From Alphaproteobacteria bacterium (GTDB lineage Bacteria; Pseudomonadota; Alphaproteobacteria; UBA7887), in NCBI GenBank assembly GCA_965216755.1, contig CBDCGL010000011.1, forward strand, positions 2,688,001 through 2,752,000: a stretch of DNA of 64,000 bases, given 5' to 3'. Positions within the stretch are counted from its first letter, which is position 1; each line of letters starts with the position of its first letter. Under the pieces are notes generated by a model. It did no database searches. It was not told the origin of the DNA and saw only the letters and a list, made by a program, of their open reading frames with translations. This document shows positions 1 through 9,678 of this stretch, one piece after another. Made by a program: the position numbers and the translations under genes.

Positions 1-207
1 GCTGGTTTGGCCGCGCTGAGCACCTTCGAACAGGACATGGGCTGCATCAACATCATCGATGTCGACATCGCCGACGGTGCGCTCATTCGTCGCATGATCA
101 AAGCGGTAAACTTGACCATCTACGATCCGCCGAAACAGCATCTGCCCTTGACCAGCATGGAACAGGTGTTAGCGACACTGGAACGGTATTTGGGCGCAAA
201 GTCGTGA
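1..207 (+). CDS. C-terminal part of a gene truncated by the window edge; possibly histidine phosphatase family
   Basis: Open frame from base 1 to a TGA overlapping the next GTG start (GTGA). FEQDMGCINIIDVD resembles the C-terminal strand of His-phosphatases, but the catalytic motif is not visible. Confidence 0.4.
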   Translation, partial: AGLAALSTFEQDMGCINIIDVDIADGALIRRMIKAVNLTIYDPPKQHLPLTSMEQVLATLERYLGAKS

Positions 208-1208
208 CCGCGCGCAGCGCACGGGGCACCGCCATGACGCTGCGCACCCCGGGAACACCGCTGGTGGCGGAAGCGCGTGTGTGGCCCGACCCGGGCCCTA
301 GCCAGGTGCTGATCGAGATCGGTGCCTGTGGCGTCTGCCGCACGGACTTGCACGTGGTCGACGGCGAACTGACCAAGCCAACCCTGCCGATCGTGCCGGG
401 CCATGAAATCGTCGGGCGGGTCGCGGCGCTGGGTCCTGGCGTCGATCGCTTTGATGTCGGCGACCGGGTCGGCGTGCCCTGGCTCGGCGAAACCTGTGGC
501 GGGTGCCGTTACTGCCGGACCGGCCAAGAAAATCTGTGCCCGGACGCGCGCTTTACCGGCTACCACATCGACGGCGGCTACGCGCATTTCACGCTGGCGG
601 ACCAGCGCTATTGCTTCCCAGTCACGGGCGCCTATGACGACGCCCACGCGGCACCTTTATTGTGCGCCGGCTTGATCGGCTACCGGTCGTTGCGCATGGC
701 CGGTGATGCGCGGCGGCTTGGCATCTACGGGTTCGGCGCCGCCGCGCACATCATCGCGCAAGTCGCCGTGCATGAAGGCCGTGAGGTTTTCGCTTTCAGC
801 CGGCCGGGCGACCAAGCCGCACAGGGGTTCGCCCACAGGTTGGGCGCAACCTGGGCCGGAGATTCGACCATGGCACCGCCGGAACCGCTGGATGCGGCGA
901 TCCTGTACGCGCCGGTCGGCGCGTTGGTGCCCATCGCCCTGCGCGCGGTCCGTCCCGGCGGCGTGGTGGTGTGCGCCGGCATTCATATGAGCGACATCCC
1001 AAGCTTTCCGTACGAAATATTATGGGGCGAACGGCGGGTGCAGTCGGTGGCCAATTTGACCCGCGCCGACGGCGAAGGGTTTCTGGCCTTGGCGCCGCAG
1101 ATCCCGATCAAAACAACGGTGGAAACATTCCCCTTGGCCCAAGCCGACGAAGCATTGCGGCGCCTCCGCGAAGGCGAAATCCACGGCGCCGCGGTGTTGA
1201 CTCCGTAG
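204..1208 (+). CDS. Zinc-dependent alcohol dehydrogenase family protein
   Basis: ACGVCRTDLH, GHEIVG, CxxCxxC-x7-C structural Zn site, GIYGFGAAA Rossmann motif. Confidence 0.93.
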   Translation: MTARSARGTAMTLRTPGTPLVAEARVWPDPGPSQVLIEIGACGVCRTDLHVVDGELTKPTLPIVPGHEIVGRVAALGPGVDRFDVGDRVGVPWLGETCGGCRYCRTGQENLCPDARFTGYHIDGGYAHFTLADQRYCFPVTGAYDDAHAAPLLCAGLIGYRSLRMAGDARRLGIYGFGAAAHIIAQVAVHEGREVFAFSRPGDQAAQGFAHRLGATWAGDSTMAPPEPLDAAILYAPVGALVPIALRAVRPGGVVVCAGIHMSDIPSFPYEILWGERRVQSVANLTRADGEGFLALAPQIPIKTTVETFPLAQADEALRRLREGEIHGAAVLTP

Positions 1209-1224
1209 CGGTCCGAATGCGAGT

Positions 1225-2367
1225 TCAGGGCCGGGCGGCCACCGCGGCCGCGGCTGTGGCCGGCCCACGCATGCGCGCGCGGACCCAATCCCGCGCCGGC
1301 TTTTCGACAAACCGAAATGTCAGGATCGAGGTCACGATGGTTGCCAACACGGCCCCGACGAGCATCGCGCCGCCCCACAGATAGCTGCCTTGCAGGCCGC
1401 CGGGCGCGCGCAAATAGACATTGTAGACAACGATATAGACGATCACGTGCACCATGTAGACCGAGTAAGAGATCTTGCCGAGAAACGTGAAGGCCCTGTG
1501 TTCCAACAGGCGGTTCAAACTGGTGCCCTCATAGGCCAGAAACAGGATCAAGGGTGGAAAGGTCGAGACGATCAGAAAATCCGGCCAGTCGAGCGCCATG
1601 CCGGTCAAGCTCCACAGCGCCGCCGCCCAGACAATCAGCGCCCGTGCCCGTATATCCAGATCGCGCAACAGGCCGCGGTCGTAAGCAAGATACAAAACCC
1701 CGCCCAGGACGAACGACACCAGACCGCGCAGAACACCGTAGTCGTAGGTGATGTTGAGTTGCTGGGGCGGCACGATGGCCGCCAGCAGCCAATAGGCGCC
1801 CGGCACGACGATCACGAACAGCAGCACCATCGCGGCCCGGTTCAACTGCAAACGCGCGAACAACAACGCGGCAATCAGCGGATAGGCCAGATAGCACGCC
1901 CACTCGACACTGATCGACCAAGACGGGTGATTCCAGCTCAAATGATCATGGACCGCCCAAGCATGGACGAGAAATACATTTGTGATAAACGCGGCGATGG
2001 TGTTGTGGCCTTCGAACGGCACGCCCAACACGGGCAGCGGATATTTAAGCAGCTCTTTGAAAAGAAACAGCAACAGCACAAACATATGGAGCGGCCACAC
2101 CCGCGCCAGCCGCAGAATCATGAAATTCACAATGTTCGATCGCCGAAAGGCACGTTGGCGATCGAAAAACTCCGTATGAGAATAAGTGATAACAAAACCA
2201 CTCAACACGAAGAATAAATCAACCCAAAGATAGCCTTTCTCAAACAAAAACGTGTAATCGCTTAGGCGAATTGGCGCGAACTCGTCCTGATAATGGTAAA
2301 AAACAACAAGAAGTGCGGCGATACCCCGGATCGACGTCAAGGCCTCCAGATTTTTTCTTTTGGTCAT
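1225..2367 (-). CDS. Acyltransferase family 3 (OafA-like) membrane O-acyltransferase
   Basis: LTSIRGIAALLVVFYH, VDLFFVLSGFVI, RLARVWP, WSISVEW, GKISYSVYMVH, FRFVEKP; start placed at MTKRKN. Confidence 0.92.
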   Translation of the reverse strand: MTKRKNLEALTSIRGIAALLVVFYHYQDEFAPIRLSDYTFLFEKGYLWVDLFFVLSGFVITYSHTEFFDRQRAFRRSNIVNFMILRLARVWPLHMFVLLLFLFKELLKYPLPVLGVPFEGHNTIAAFITNVFLVHAWAVHDHLSWNHPSWSISVEWACYLAYPLIAALLFARLQLNRAAMVLLFVIVVPGAYWLLAAIVPPQQLNITYDYGVLRGLVSFVLGGVLYLAYDRGLLRDLDIRARALIVWAAALWSLTGMALDWPDFLIVSTFPPLILFLAYEGTSLNRLLEHRAFTFLGKISYSVYMVHVIVYIVVYNVYLRAPGGLQGSYLWGGAMLVGAVLATIVTSILTFRFVEKPARDWVRARMRGPATAAAAVAARP

Positions 2368-2546
2368 CGCGTCGTATCCAATGGTTTCTCGCGTCGATGT
2401 TGCCGTGTGAACCCGCGGCCGATCCGCCCGGCCAAATCGTGGACATTGGCGGCCGCGCCAAAAAGACATCGCCCGGAACCGTTTCGATGCCACAATAATG
2501 CACGGTTTGGCTGGTTATATGTGAAAACGGTTATGTAATCGTTTGC

Positions 2547-4061
2547 TTGTCGCAGATGGTGACGAATTTGAGAATGATTGAGCACACGACCCGCCCTTGG
2601 GGTATCGACAAAGCGCGTGAACGGTCTTGTTGGGGCTTCTCGGCGGCCATGCTGGTCGCGCTCTGGCCGGCCCTAGTGTGGCCGATGGCGGCGGCCGATG
2701 CGGCGACATACTATGTGGCACCGTCGGGTGAGGATTCGGCGGCCGGTACGGCACTCTCCACGCCGTGGCGTTCGCTCAAGAAGATCCGAAACTTCCCGTT
2801 TCAGCCTGGCGACCAGGTCTTGTTTCAACGTGGCGCCACCTGGCAAGGCGTCCTGATTGTCCAAAGATCCGGCGCCGCGGGCGCGCCGATTGCCTATGGC
2901 GCGTTTGGCGACGGCGCGGCACCGATCATTCATGGCACGAAAGACCACGCCGCGCGCATCCTCAAGACCGCCCATATCGAGATCCGCGATTTGCATTTTA
3001 CCGGCGCCGCGCGAATCGCGGTTCAGGTGCGCGGCGCGCGACATCTGCTGATCGAGAACTGCACCATAGGGCCGACGCCCGGCTATGGCATTCGTGTCAC
3101 CAGCGCCGGTGACAGAATATCAAGCGATGGCGTGATTCGCGGCTGCCACATCGATTCCGGACGACGCGCGTTCGAGGGCCGCAAGGGCGGTCCCGACGGC
3201 ATCGTTCTTTATGATGGGGTCGAGAATTTCCGGGTCGCGGGCAACACAATCCGGGCTTTTCCGCATACCGGGATTGCCGTGCAAGTGATTCATCAAGACA
3301 AGCCGGTGGCATTTAACGAAGTATACGACAACATTATTGTCGGCTCAGATATGGACTACATGCGCGGATTCAGTGTCATCGGAAAAGACAATCTTGTTCA
3401 CGACAATATTGTTTATAATAACAAAATAAAAGATATGACGCAACCAAGCCATGTAGGCGGAAACAATAACCAAGTATATTACAATATATTCGATTCGATG
3501 AGAGATTACGGACATACGGCAAATTCCGGCGTTGCCGTAGACTTAGGGTCTTTTGATGGCGGGCGGTTCGGCGGCGTGATGGCCTGCCGCGACAACTTGG
3601 TCTACAATAACGTATTCTATAATATCCCCAATGAAGGGATAAAAATGGTCGGCGCGGTTGAGACAGACGCGCAAATTACCGGCAATCGAATATTTAACAA
3701 TATCCTTTTGCAGACTGGCGGGTTGGCGGTGCTGCGCTATCCATCGGCCGGGAACAGCTATCAGGCCAATGTCGTGTTTCCACCCGGCGGGTTCCGCCAT
3801 CGCAGCGGGCCATTGGGCGCGTCCGAATTCAACCAACGCAATGGCGCCCAAGGGGATCTCATGGCCGACAATATGGACGCCGATCCCCAGCTGACGGCGC
3901 CGGAGTCGGGCGACTTTCGACCACGGGCCGACTCGCCCGCAATCGATGCCGGCATACCCCATGCCGTAACAACCGACCATGGCGGTGGTGCCGTGCCCCA
4001 CGGTCAGGGCGTCGATGCCGGCGCTTTCGAATTCGCGGGTGATGCGTCGCCCGGCCCGTGA
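2547..4061 (+). CDS. Secreted right-handed parallel beta-helix (pectin-lyase-like) protein
   Basis: Signal-like segment, then TYYVAPSGED..PWRSL..PGDQVLFQRG, Asn-rich beta-helix repeats, C-terminal DFRPRADSPAIDAG..DAGAFE; true start probably downstream of 2547. Confidence 0.8.
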   Translation: MSQMVTNLRMIEHTTRPWGIDKARERSCWGFSAAMLVALWPALVWPMAAADAATYYVAPSGEDSAAGTALSTPWRSLKKIRNFPFQPGDQVLFQRGATWQGVLIVQRSGAAGAPIAYGAFGDGAAPIIHGTKDHAARILKTAHIEIRDLHFTGAARIAVQVRGARHLLIENCTIGPTPGYGIRVTSAGDRISSDGVIRGCHIDSGRRAFEGRKGGPDGIVLYDGVENFRVAGNTIRAFPHTGIAVQVIHQDKPVAFNEVYDNIIVGSDMDYMRGFSVIGKDNLVHDNIVYNNKIKDMTQPSHVGGNNNQVYYNIFDSMRDYGHTANSGVAVDLGSFDGGRFGGVMACRDNLVYNNVFYNIPNEGIKMVGAVETDAQITGNRIFNNILLQTGGLAVLRYPSAGNSYQANVVFPPGGFRHRSGPLGASEFNQRNGAQGDLMADNMDADPQLTAPESGDFRPRADSPAIDAGIPHAVTTDHGGGAVPHGQGVDAGAFEFAGDASPGP

Positions 4062-4313
4062 CGCAGCCGGCCCAGCACGCGAATCACCCCTTTGGGGGCA
4101 ACGACCAAGGACCCGTCAACAGCCGATCTAAGGTTGTGCGCCGGCAGGCGCTTCGGGCCCGCGCTTGATCTGCATATGCACCAAAGGTTAACGGTTGCGG
4201 CCTTTTATATGTCAACGTCGCGGTGTCTTTTCGGCGCGGTCATGGCAACCGCGCCCGCAGGCGGCCTGGGGCAACCAGCGTTTTCATAGTTCAGGGCATC
4301 AACGAGAACCTTA

Positions 4314-5531
4314 ATGTTCAGGAAGTTCCTAGCAAATACGGCATTGCTTGCGGTGTCTCTGATTTTGTCCGGCGCTGTTTTGGTGGCTGCCGGCGAGATC
4401 TATATGCGGGCCACCTACGGCGCGCTGGAACCGGGCCCGGGGAAAAACATGTACCGGTTCCATGATCAGCGCGGATGGGCGCTGGTGCCGGGCGATTATG
4501 AATATCTGGAAATCAAGTCCTTTCAACGGGTGCGGGCCACCGTCAACGACCTTGGCGTGCGCAGTCCGGCCGTGTCGTTGGACGTACCGCCGGGAAAGAC
4601 CCGGGTCACCGTGATCGGTGACTCATTTGTATTCTCCAATCCCTTGACCGACGGCAAGCGGTTCACGGAGTCTCTCGACCAGCTTGCAGGCGACGATGTC
4701 GAAATCGTCAATGTCGGCGTGCCCGGCTATGGCACAGGCCAACAGATTCTGTTGTTGGATGAGATGGTCGCCCAGGGCTACGATCCCGGGAAGCTGGTTA
4801 TCCATATTCTGTTTACCAATGATTCCAGTGACAATTTTGGCTTCGATTACGGCACGCTCAAACGTCTGCCGCACAAGCCCCGGTTCTGGATCGACGACAG
4901 CGGCGCCCTGGCGTCGGAGCCGCCGGTCAAGCCCGAGGGCGCCGGCCGCCGCCGCGGTTGGCTGGATTCGTCGCTATTCGTTGCCTTCGTCAAATCGCGT
5001 GCAACGTCGCTTATGGCCGCCCAGCCGGCGCTCCTCGACACATTGTCAAACCTTGGTTTGATGCCCGCTTTACCACGCGTGCCGGGCATTGTCGCCGGAT
5101 GGTATGGCGAACAGTGGCGCGAGATGTGGGATGTGAATGCGGATATCCTCGGCTATATGGCCAACCGGGTGCGCGGCTATGGCGACACCGAATTCGCGAT
5201 CGCCTATATGCCATCGCCGCTGCAAGTGCGCCCCACCTTTCGCAGCATGCTGGAAGATGCCAGTCAGTCAGACGCCCGCTTTGCCGCCTTCCTGGCGGAA
5301 ATTGACCGCCCGCAACGCATGCTCGCCGATTATTGCACGGCCACTGACATCGCCTGTTATGACGCCACGGCGACATTGCAAAACGCCGGGACTGACGAGC
5401 TTCTGTATTTCCCCACCGAAGGTCATTTGACCGAGGCCGGTTCGGCCCTCTACGCGCAATTCCTCTTTGACCAGATCTTGGCGCCGATCCTCAACGATGT
5501 CGCCGCCAGCCATATTACGGTGTTACGGTGA
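4314..5531 (+). CDS. SGNH/GDSL hydrolase-fold protein (AlgX/AlgJ-like), N-terminally anchored
   Basis: N-terminal TM, IGDSFVF, NVGVPGYG, FTND, EGHLTEAG. Confidence 0.85.
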   Translation: MFRKFLANTALLAVSLILSGAVLVAAGEIYMRATYGALEPGPGKNMYRFHDQRGWALVPGDYEYLEIKSFQRVRATVNDLGVRSPAVSLDVPPGKTRVTVIGDSFVFSNPLTDGKRFTESLDQLAGDDVEIVNVGVPGYGTGQQILLLDEMVAQGYDPGKLVIHILFTNDSSDNFGFDYGTLKRLPHKPRFWIDDSGALASEPPVKPEGAGRRRGWLDSSLFVAFVKSRATSLMAAQPALLDTLSNLGLMPALPRVPGIVAGWYGEQWREMWDVNADILGYMANRVRGYGDTEFAIAYMPSPLQVRPTFRSMLEDASQSDARFAAFLAEIDRPQRMLADYCTATDIACYDATATLQNAGTDELLYFPTEGHLTEAGSALYAQFLFDQILAPILNDVAASHITVLR

Positions 5532-5624
5532 CAGTTTACTAAATACGCTGTATTTTGTATGCTTATTTTTCTCCGTACCACATCTGGTGTATTTAGTAAA
5601 CTGTCACCGTAATACACCGTAATA
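5513..5624. repeat. Palindromic REP/MITE-like element, copy 1
   Basis: Perfect 24-bp inverted repeat 5523-5546 / 5589-5612 (TTACGGTGACAGTTTACTAAATAC), 42-nt loop, outer 10-bp IR 5513-5522 / 5615-5624. Confidence 0.85.
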
Positions 5625-5636
5625 CGTACAATCTAC

Positions 5637-6212
5637 CTATCCGTCGGCGATGGCGAAGTCGCGCGCGGTCAGGATCGGGATCAGTCGAATACCGGCCTCG
5701 GCCAAATTCGCTTCCGCGCCCTCAAGCCGGTCGACGACGGTGATGGCGGTATCCACATGGCAACCATGTTCGCGCACGGCCTGCGCCGCCTTGAGCGTCG
5801 AACCCCCGGTGGTGGTGACATCTTCGATCAGCACCACCCGCGCGCCGTGCGACGGTTCCGGCTCAATCCGTTTTCGACTGCCGTGGGCCTTGGCTTCCTT
5901 GCGTACAAAGAACGACGGGACCGGCCGGCCGATTTGGGCACTGCGCAGCGCCACGCACGCGACAATGGGCACCGCGCCCAGTTCCATCCCGCCGATCCAG
6001 TCCACACCCTTGTCCGGCAGGGCGGCCAGAATCGCGTCGGCGATCAGTAGGGCGCCGACGGGATCGAAGGCGGTATGTTTCATGTTGAAATAAAACTGAC
6101 TGCTGGCGCCCGACGTCAACGTCACCGCCTGCCCCACTGTCAGTGATTTTTCCGCGATGATCGCGCGCAATCGCGCTATCTCGACCGCGGCCTCCGAAAC
6201 CATCCCTGGCAT
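5637..6212 (-). CDS. pyrE: Orotate phosphoribosyltransferase
   Basis: TLTSGASSQFYFN, GGMELGAVP, VRKEAKAHG, PRPP loop VLIEDVTTTGGS; start 6212 or 6203. Confidence 0.93.
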   Translation of the reverse strand: MPGMVSEAAVEIARLRAIIAEKSLTVGQAVTLTSGASSQFYFNMKHTAFDPVGALLIADAILAALPDKGVDWIGGMELGAVPIVACVALRSAQIGRPVPSFFVRKEAKAHGSRKRIEPEPSHGARVVLIEDVTTTGGSTLKAAQAVREHGCHVDTAITVVDRLEGAEANLAEAGIRLIPILTARDFAIADG

Positions 6213-6219
6213 TGCCCCC

Positions 6220-7338
6220 CTATGCTTCGCCCCAAACCGCATCCGCGACCCGCACGACCAGGTCAAGCTTGCGGCGCTGATCATCGTCGGAAATCACATT
6301 GCCGCCGGCGACACTGGCGAAACCGCACTGTGGGCTCAGGCACAATCGCTCGATCGGCACATGGCGGCTGGCTTCATCAATGCGACGGCGTAAGTCGTCC
6401 GGCGCTTCACGTTCCGGCGTTTTGGTGCTGATCAAACCCAACACCACGGTCTTGCCGGACGCGATATGGTCAAGCGGCGAAAAGTCGCCGGCGCGCGGGC
6501 TGTCATATTCGAGAAAAAACGCGTCGACGTCCAAGTCGCCGAACAGACGCGGCGCGACCGGCCCGTAGCCCCCAGCCGCCAGCCAGCGCGAACGAAAATT
6601 GCCCCGGCACAGATGAATGCCGACGGTCAACCCCGTCGGGCGCCCCGCCAGCGTTTGATTGATGACATCGACATACGTGTCGATCAACTGGTCGGGGTCG
6701 AAACCCATCTGGCGAACCTGGTCCTGGATGGCCGGATCGCACAACATCGCCAACGGCACTTCGTCGAGTTGGATGTAGGTCGCGCCGAGATCTGCCAGCG
6801 CCGCCAGCTCTTGTTGATAGACGGCGATCAAGTCCTGCCAATAGGACTCTTCGTCAGGATAGACATGGGGCGCGGCGTGGCGGCCGAGGGCGAAAAAATG
6901 AAACGCGCTCGGCGTCGGCATGGTCACCTTCGGCGTGTCGGTGGTCTCGCGCCGAATCGATTCAAATTCGCCCGTGGTGATACCACCGCTGCGCCGAATA
7001 GGACCGGCGGCAAAACACGTCGGCCAGGTATAGCGCGCGCCCGTGCCATCGCGAAACGCGAACGGCGCCTCGGTCATGCCGAACCCAGCCAGCGTTTCAA
7101 AAAATGCCGAAAACCATGACGCCCGACGGAACTCGCCATCGGTAATGGACCGCAGCCCGATCGCCTCTTGCAAACGGATGGCGTCGACCACCGCGTGATC
7201 GAGAACGGCGCCATACGTGGCCCGGTCGATCGCACCGTCGGCCAAGGCCTTGTGGGCATCTTTCAGGGCCCGCGGCCGCAGCAAACTGCCGATATGTTCG
7301 GCGCGAAATGGCGGACCTTTGGCGGACGCGTCAGACAT
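6220..7338 (-). CDS. Cobalamin-independent methionine synthase II family protein (single-barrel MetE-like)
   Basis: FRAEHIGSLLRP, TDGEFRR, YIQLDE, HLCRGN, FFLEYD, LSPQCGFAS. Confidence 0.9.
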   Translation of the reverse strand: MSDASAKGPPFRAEHIGSLLRPRALKDAHKALADGAIDRATYGAVLDHAVVDAIRLQEAIGLRSITDGEFRRASWFSAFFETLAGFGMTEAPFAFRDGTGARYTWPTCFAAGPIRRSGGITTGEFESIRRETTDTPKVTMPTPSAFHFFALGRHAAPHVYPDEESYWQDLIAVYQQELAALADLGATYIQLDEVPLAMLCDPAIQDQVRQMGFDPDQLIDTYVDVINQTLAGRPTGLTVGIHLCRGNFRSRWLAAGGYGPVAPRLFGDLDVDAFFLEYDSPRAGDFSPLDHIASGKTVVLGLISTKTPEREAPDDLRRRIDEASRHVPIERLCLSPQCGFASVAGGNVISDDDQRRKLDLVVRVADAVWGEA

Positions 7339-7436
7339 GAGCCACGCTAACATGTTCATCGATCGCCGCCCAGCCGCTTGACGGGGCTCGTCACAGCCGG
7401 CACGGTGACGCGAAGCGAGGTTATCAGGAGGGGCCC

Positions 7437-8153
7437 ATGGCAATTCAGGCACAGCCGGTGGACGACAACGAGACAGATGAACATCTGCGCCCGACGGCAT
7501 TCATCGACAGCGATACGCCGGCCGTTGCGGAATTTGCGGCGCGTGCCGCGGGCGCCGACGGACCCGATTTGGAGCGCGCGGTCCGGCTCTACTACGCGGT
7601 GCGGGACGATATTCGCTATGACCCCTATCGCATCGAGACCACGCCGGAAGGCTTTCGCGCCGGCCGCTGCCTTGATGTCGGTTACGGGTTTTGCATAACA
7701 AAGGCTGCGTTGTTGGCCGCTTGCGCCCGTGCCGTTGGAATCCCGGCCCGGCTCGGATATGGCGACGTGCGCAACCATCTGGCAACTGAAAAGCTGTTGG
7801 CGATCATGGGTACCGACTTGTTTGTCTTTCACGGTTACACGGACCTATTGCTCGAAGGCCGGTGGGTTAAGGCAACACCGGCGTTCAATTTGGGCCTGTG
7901 CCAACGCTTCGGCGTCAAACCGCTGGAATTCGACGGCCGCACGGATTCACTGTTTCACGAGTTCGACGCGGCCGGTCGTCGTCACATGGAATATGTCAAC
8001 CAACACGGCGCCTTTACCGACCTGCCCTTTGACAAGATCATGGCAACCTGGCGCGAATGCTATCCGCGCGCGATGAAATTCGGCTTTCAACCACCGGATG
8101 GCGATTTCGCGCGGGAGGCGGAGGCCGAGCACCTGCAGTCGCAGCGCGCATGA
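7437..8153 (+). CDS. Transglutaminase-like family protein
   Basis: YYAVRDDIRYDPY, GFCITKA (Cys), GIPARLG, FHGY, WVKATPAFN; RBS AGGAGG. Confidence 0.88.
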   Translation: MAIQAQPVDDNETDEHLRPTAFIDSDTPAVAEFAARAAGADGPDLERAVRLYYAVRDDIRYDPYRIETTPEGFRAGRCLDVGYGFCITKAALLAACARAVGIPARLGYGDVRNHLATEKLLAIMGTDLFVFHGYTDLLLEGRWVKATPAFNLGLCQRFGVKPLEFDGRTDSLFHEFDAAGRRHMEYVNQHGAFTDLPFDKIMATWRECYPRAMKFGFQPPDGDFAREAEAEHLQSQRA

Positions 8154-9175
8154 TGGAACGGCGGCGCGCTGTGCCTTGGGGCGCGATTTGTATCGCGATT
8201 TGGTGCGCGATCGCTGCGGCGCCGGTGGACGCGCAGACAACCCTGCGCATCACCCTGCAGCTGCCGCTGACATCGCCACTGGGCGCCAATTTGGTGGCGT
8301 TCAAAGAGAATGTGGAGGTGGCGAGCGCCGGCGCGCTTCGTATCGAGATTTATCCAAGCGCACAATTGTTTACCGACAAAGAAGTGCCGGTGGCGGTGGC
8401 CTCGGGTCAAATCGAAATGGGGGTGTCTTCGCTGGCCCGTTTCGCCGGCACAATCCCGGCGGTCGACGTGTTCTTTGTCCCGTTCCTCTTCAACACACCG
8501 GAATTGGTGACCGCGGCCACGGCGCCGGGCGCCGCGGTACGCGGTTTGATCGACGCCGCGTTGATCGAAAAGGGCGCGCGCCCGCTGTGGTGGCAACCCT
8601 ACGGCTTAACAGTGCTAATGACGCGCGGCGTACAGGTGCGCGTGCCGGACGACATGCGCGGCCTGAAGATTCGCACGTTCGGCAAGGCCATCGAGTCCTT
8701 TGTCAACGCGGTCGGCGCGGCGGCGACGAACGTTTCCGGCTCGCGCCAGTATCTCGCCTATGAGCGCGGCACGGTCGACGGCGGCATGACCGGCATTTTG
8801 TCGGTCTCGGAACGCAAGCTGCACCAAGTACTTGACCATCTAACCTTGACCCACCACGCCGATATCGAGTTTCTGGTACTGATCAATGATCGGGTCTGGC
8901 AAGGGCTAGACAATACGCAACAGTCGATCTTGACCAAAGCCGCCGTCACCGTTGAGGCCGCGCTGCGCGAATCGTTTGCGGCGCTGGAAGCCGCGGCACT
9001 GGCGGAAGCTGAGGCCGAAGGTATGACGATTTACCGGCCAAGCACTGGTGACCTTGCCGCCTGGCGGGCGGCCACGGCGGGCATGCGCGACAGCTATGTC
9101 GACACCGCCGGTCCGCTGGGCGCCGAATTGCTTGCCGCCGCCGACCAATTGCGCGCCAGGATCGGTGAAGACTAA
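8150..9175 (+). CDS. dctP: TRAP transporter substrate-binding protein
   Basis: Signal peptide, IEIYPSAQL, DMRGLKIRT, GTVDGG; ATGA overlap with the upstream gene. Confidence 0.9.
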   Translation: MMERRRAVPWGAICIAIWCAIAAAPVDAQTTLRITLQLPLTSPLGANLVAFKENVEVASAGALRIEIYPSAQLFTDKEVPVAVASGQIEMGVSSLARFAGTIPAVDVFFVPFLFNTPELVTAATAPGAAVRGLIDAALIEKGARPLWWQPYGLTVLMTRGVQVRVPDDMRGLKIRTFGKAIESFVNAVGAAATNVSGSRQYLAYERGTVDGGMTGILSVSERKLHQVLDHLTLTHHADIEFLVLINDRVWQGLDNTQQSILTKAAVTVEAALRESFAALEAAALAEAEAEGMTIYRPSTGDLAAWRAATAGMRDSYVDTAGPLGAELLAAADQLRARIGED

Positions 9176-9671
9176 GCGCGATCCGATCGCACCGATCAGC
9201 CGCGCCATGGCGTGGTGCGCGGCCGCCCTTTTCGTGATTATCGGTTTGATCGTCGCCTACGAAGTTGTCATGCGCTACGTGTTTTTGGCGCCAACCCGAT
9301 GGGTCGAGGAAATCGCGCGCGTGCTTCAGATCTATGGCGTGTTTCTGGCCTGTGCATGGCTGGTTGGTCGGCGCGAGCATATCCGCATCACGGCCCTGAC
9401 CGCCCGTGTGCGCCCGGCCATACGAGCCTGGTTCGAACGCATCGCGTTGCTGTGTATTGCAGCCATTGCCGCGGCATGTACGTGGGCGTCCGTCGAACTT
9501 ATCCGGTTCTCCATCGACATGGCCCAATATACCGACTCGGTCCTGGCGCTGCCGATGTGGCTGGTGCAGTTACCCGTGCCTGTCGGCTTGGCGTTGGTGA
9601 CAGCGCAGGCAATTGCTTGCATTGTTTGGAGCGGCGACGGCAGTCGCGCCGACGAGCCACCGACATTCTGA
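9165..9671 (+). CDS. dctQ: TRAP transporter small permease
   Basis: EVVMRYVF..PTRWVEEIAR, HIRI, four TM segments; GTG start inferred. Confidence 0.88.
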   Translation: MKTKRDPIAPISRAMAWCAAALFVIIGLIVAYEVVMRYVFLAPTRWVEEIARVLQIYGVFLACAWLVGRREHIRITALTARVRPAIRAWFERIALLCIAAIAAACTWASVELIRFSIDMAQYTDSVLALPMWLVQLPVPVGLALVTAQAIACIVWSGDGSRADEPPTF

Positions 9672-9678
9672 TTGGGTC

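Noticed and set aside
5531-5546. Hairpin arm as a dif/Xer site, given xerD in the window
   Set aside because: Only a loose resemblance (TTTACTAAAT) to the XerD arm; no 11-6-11 XerC/XerD organisation
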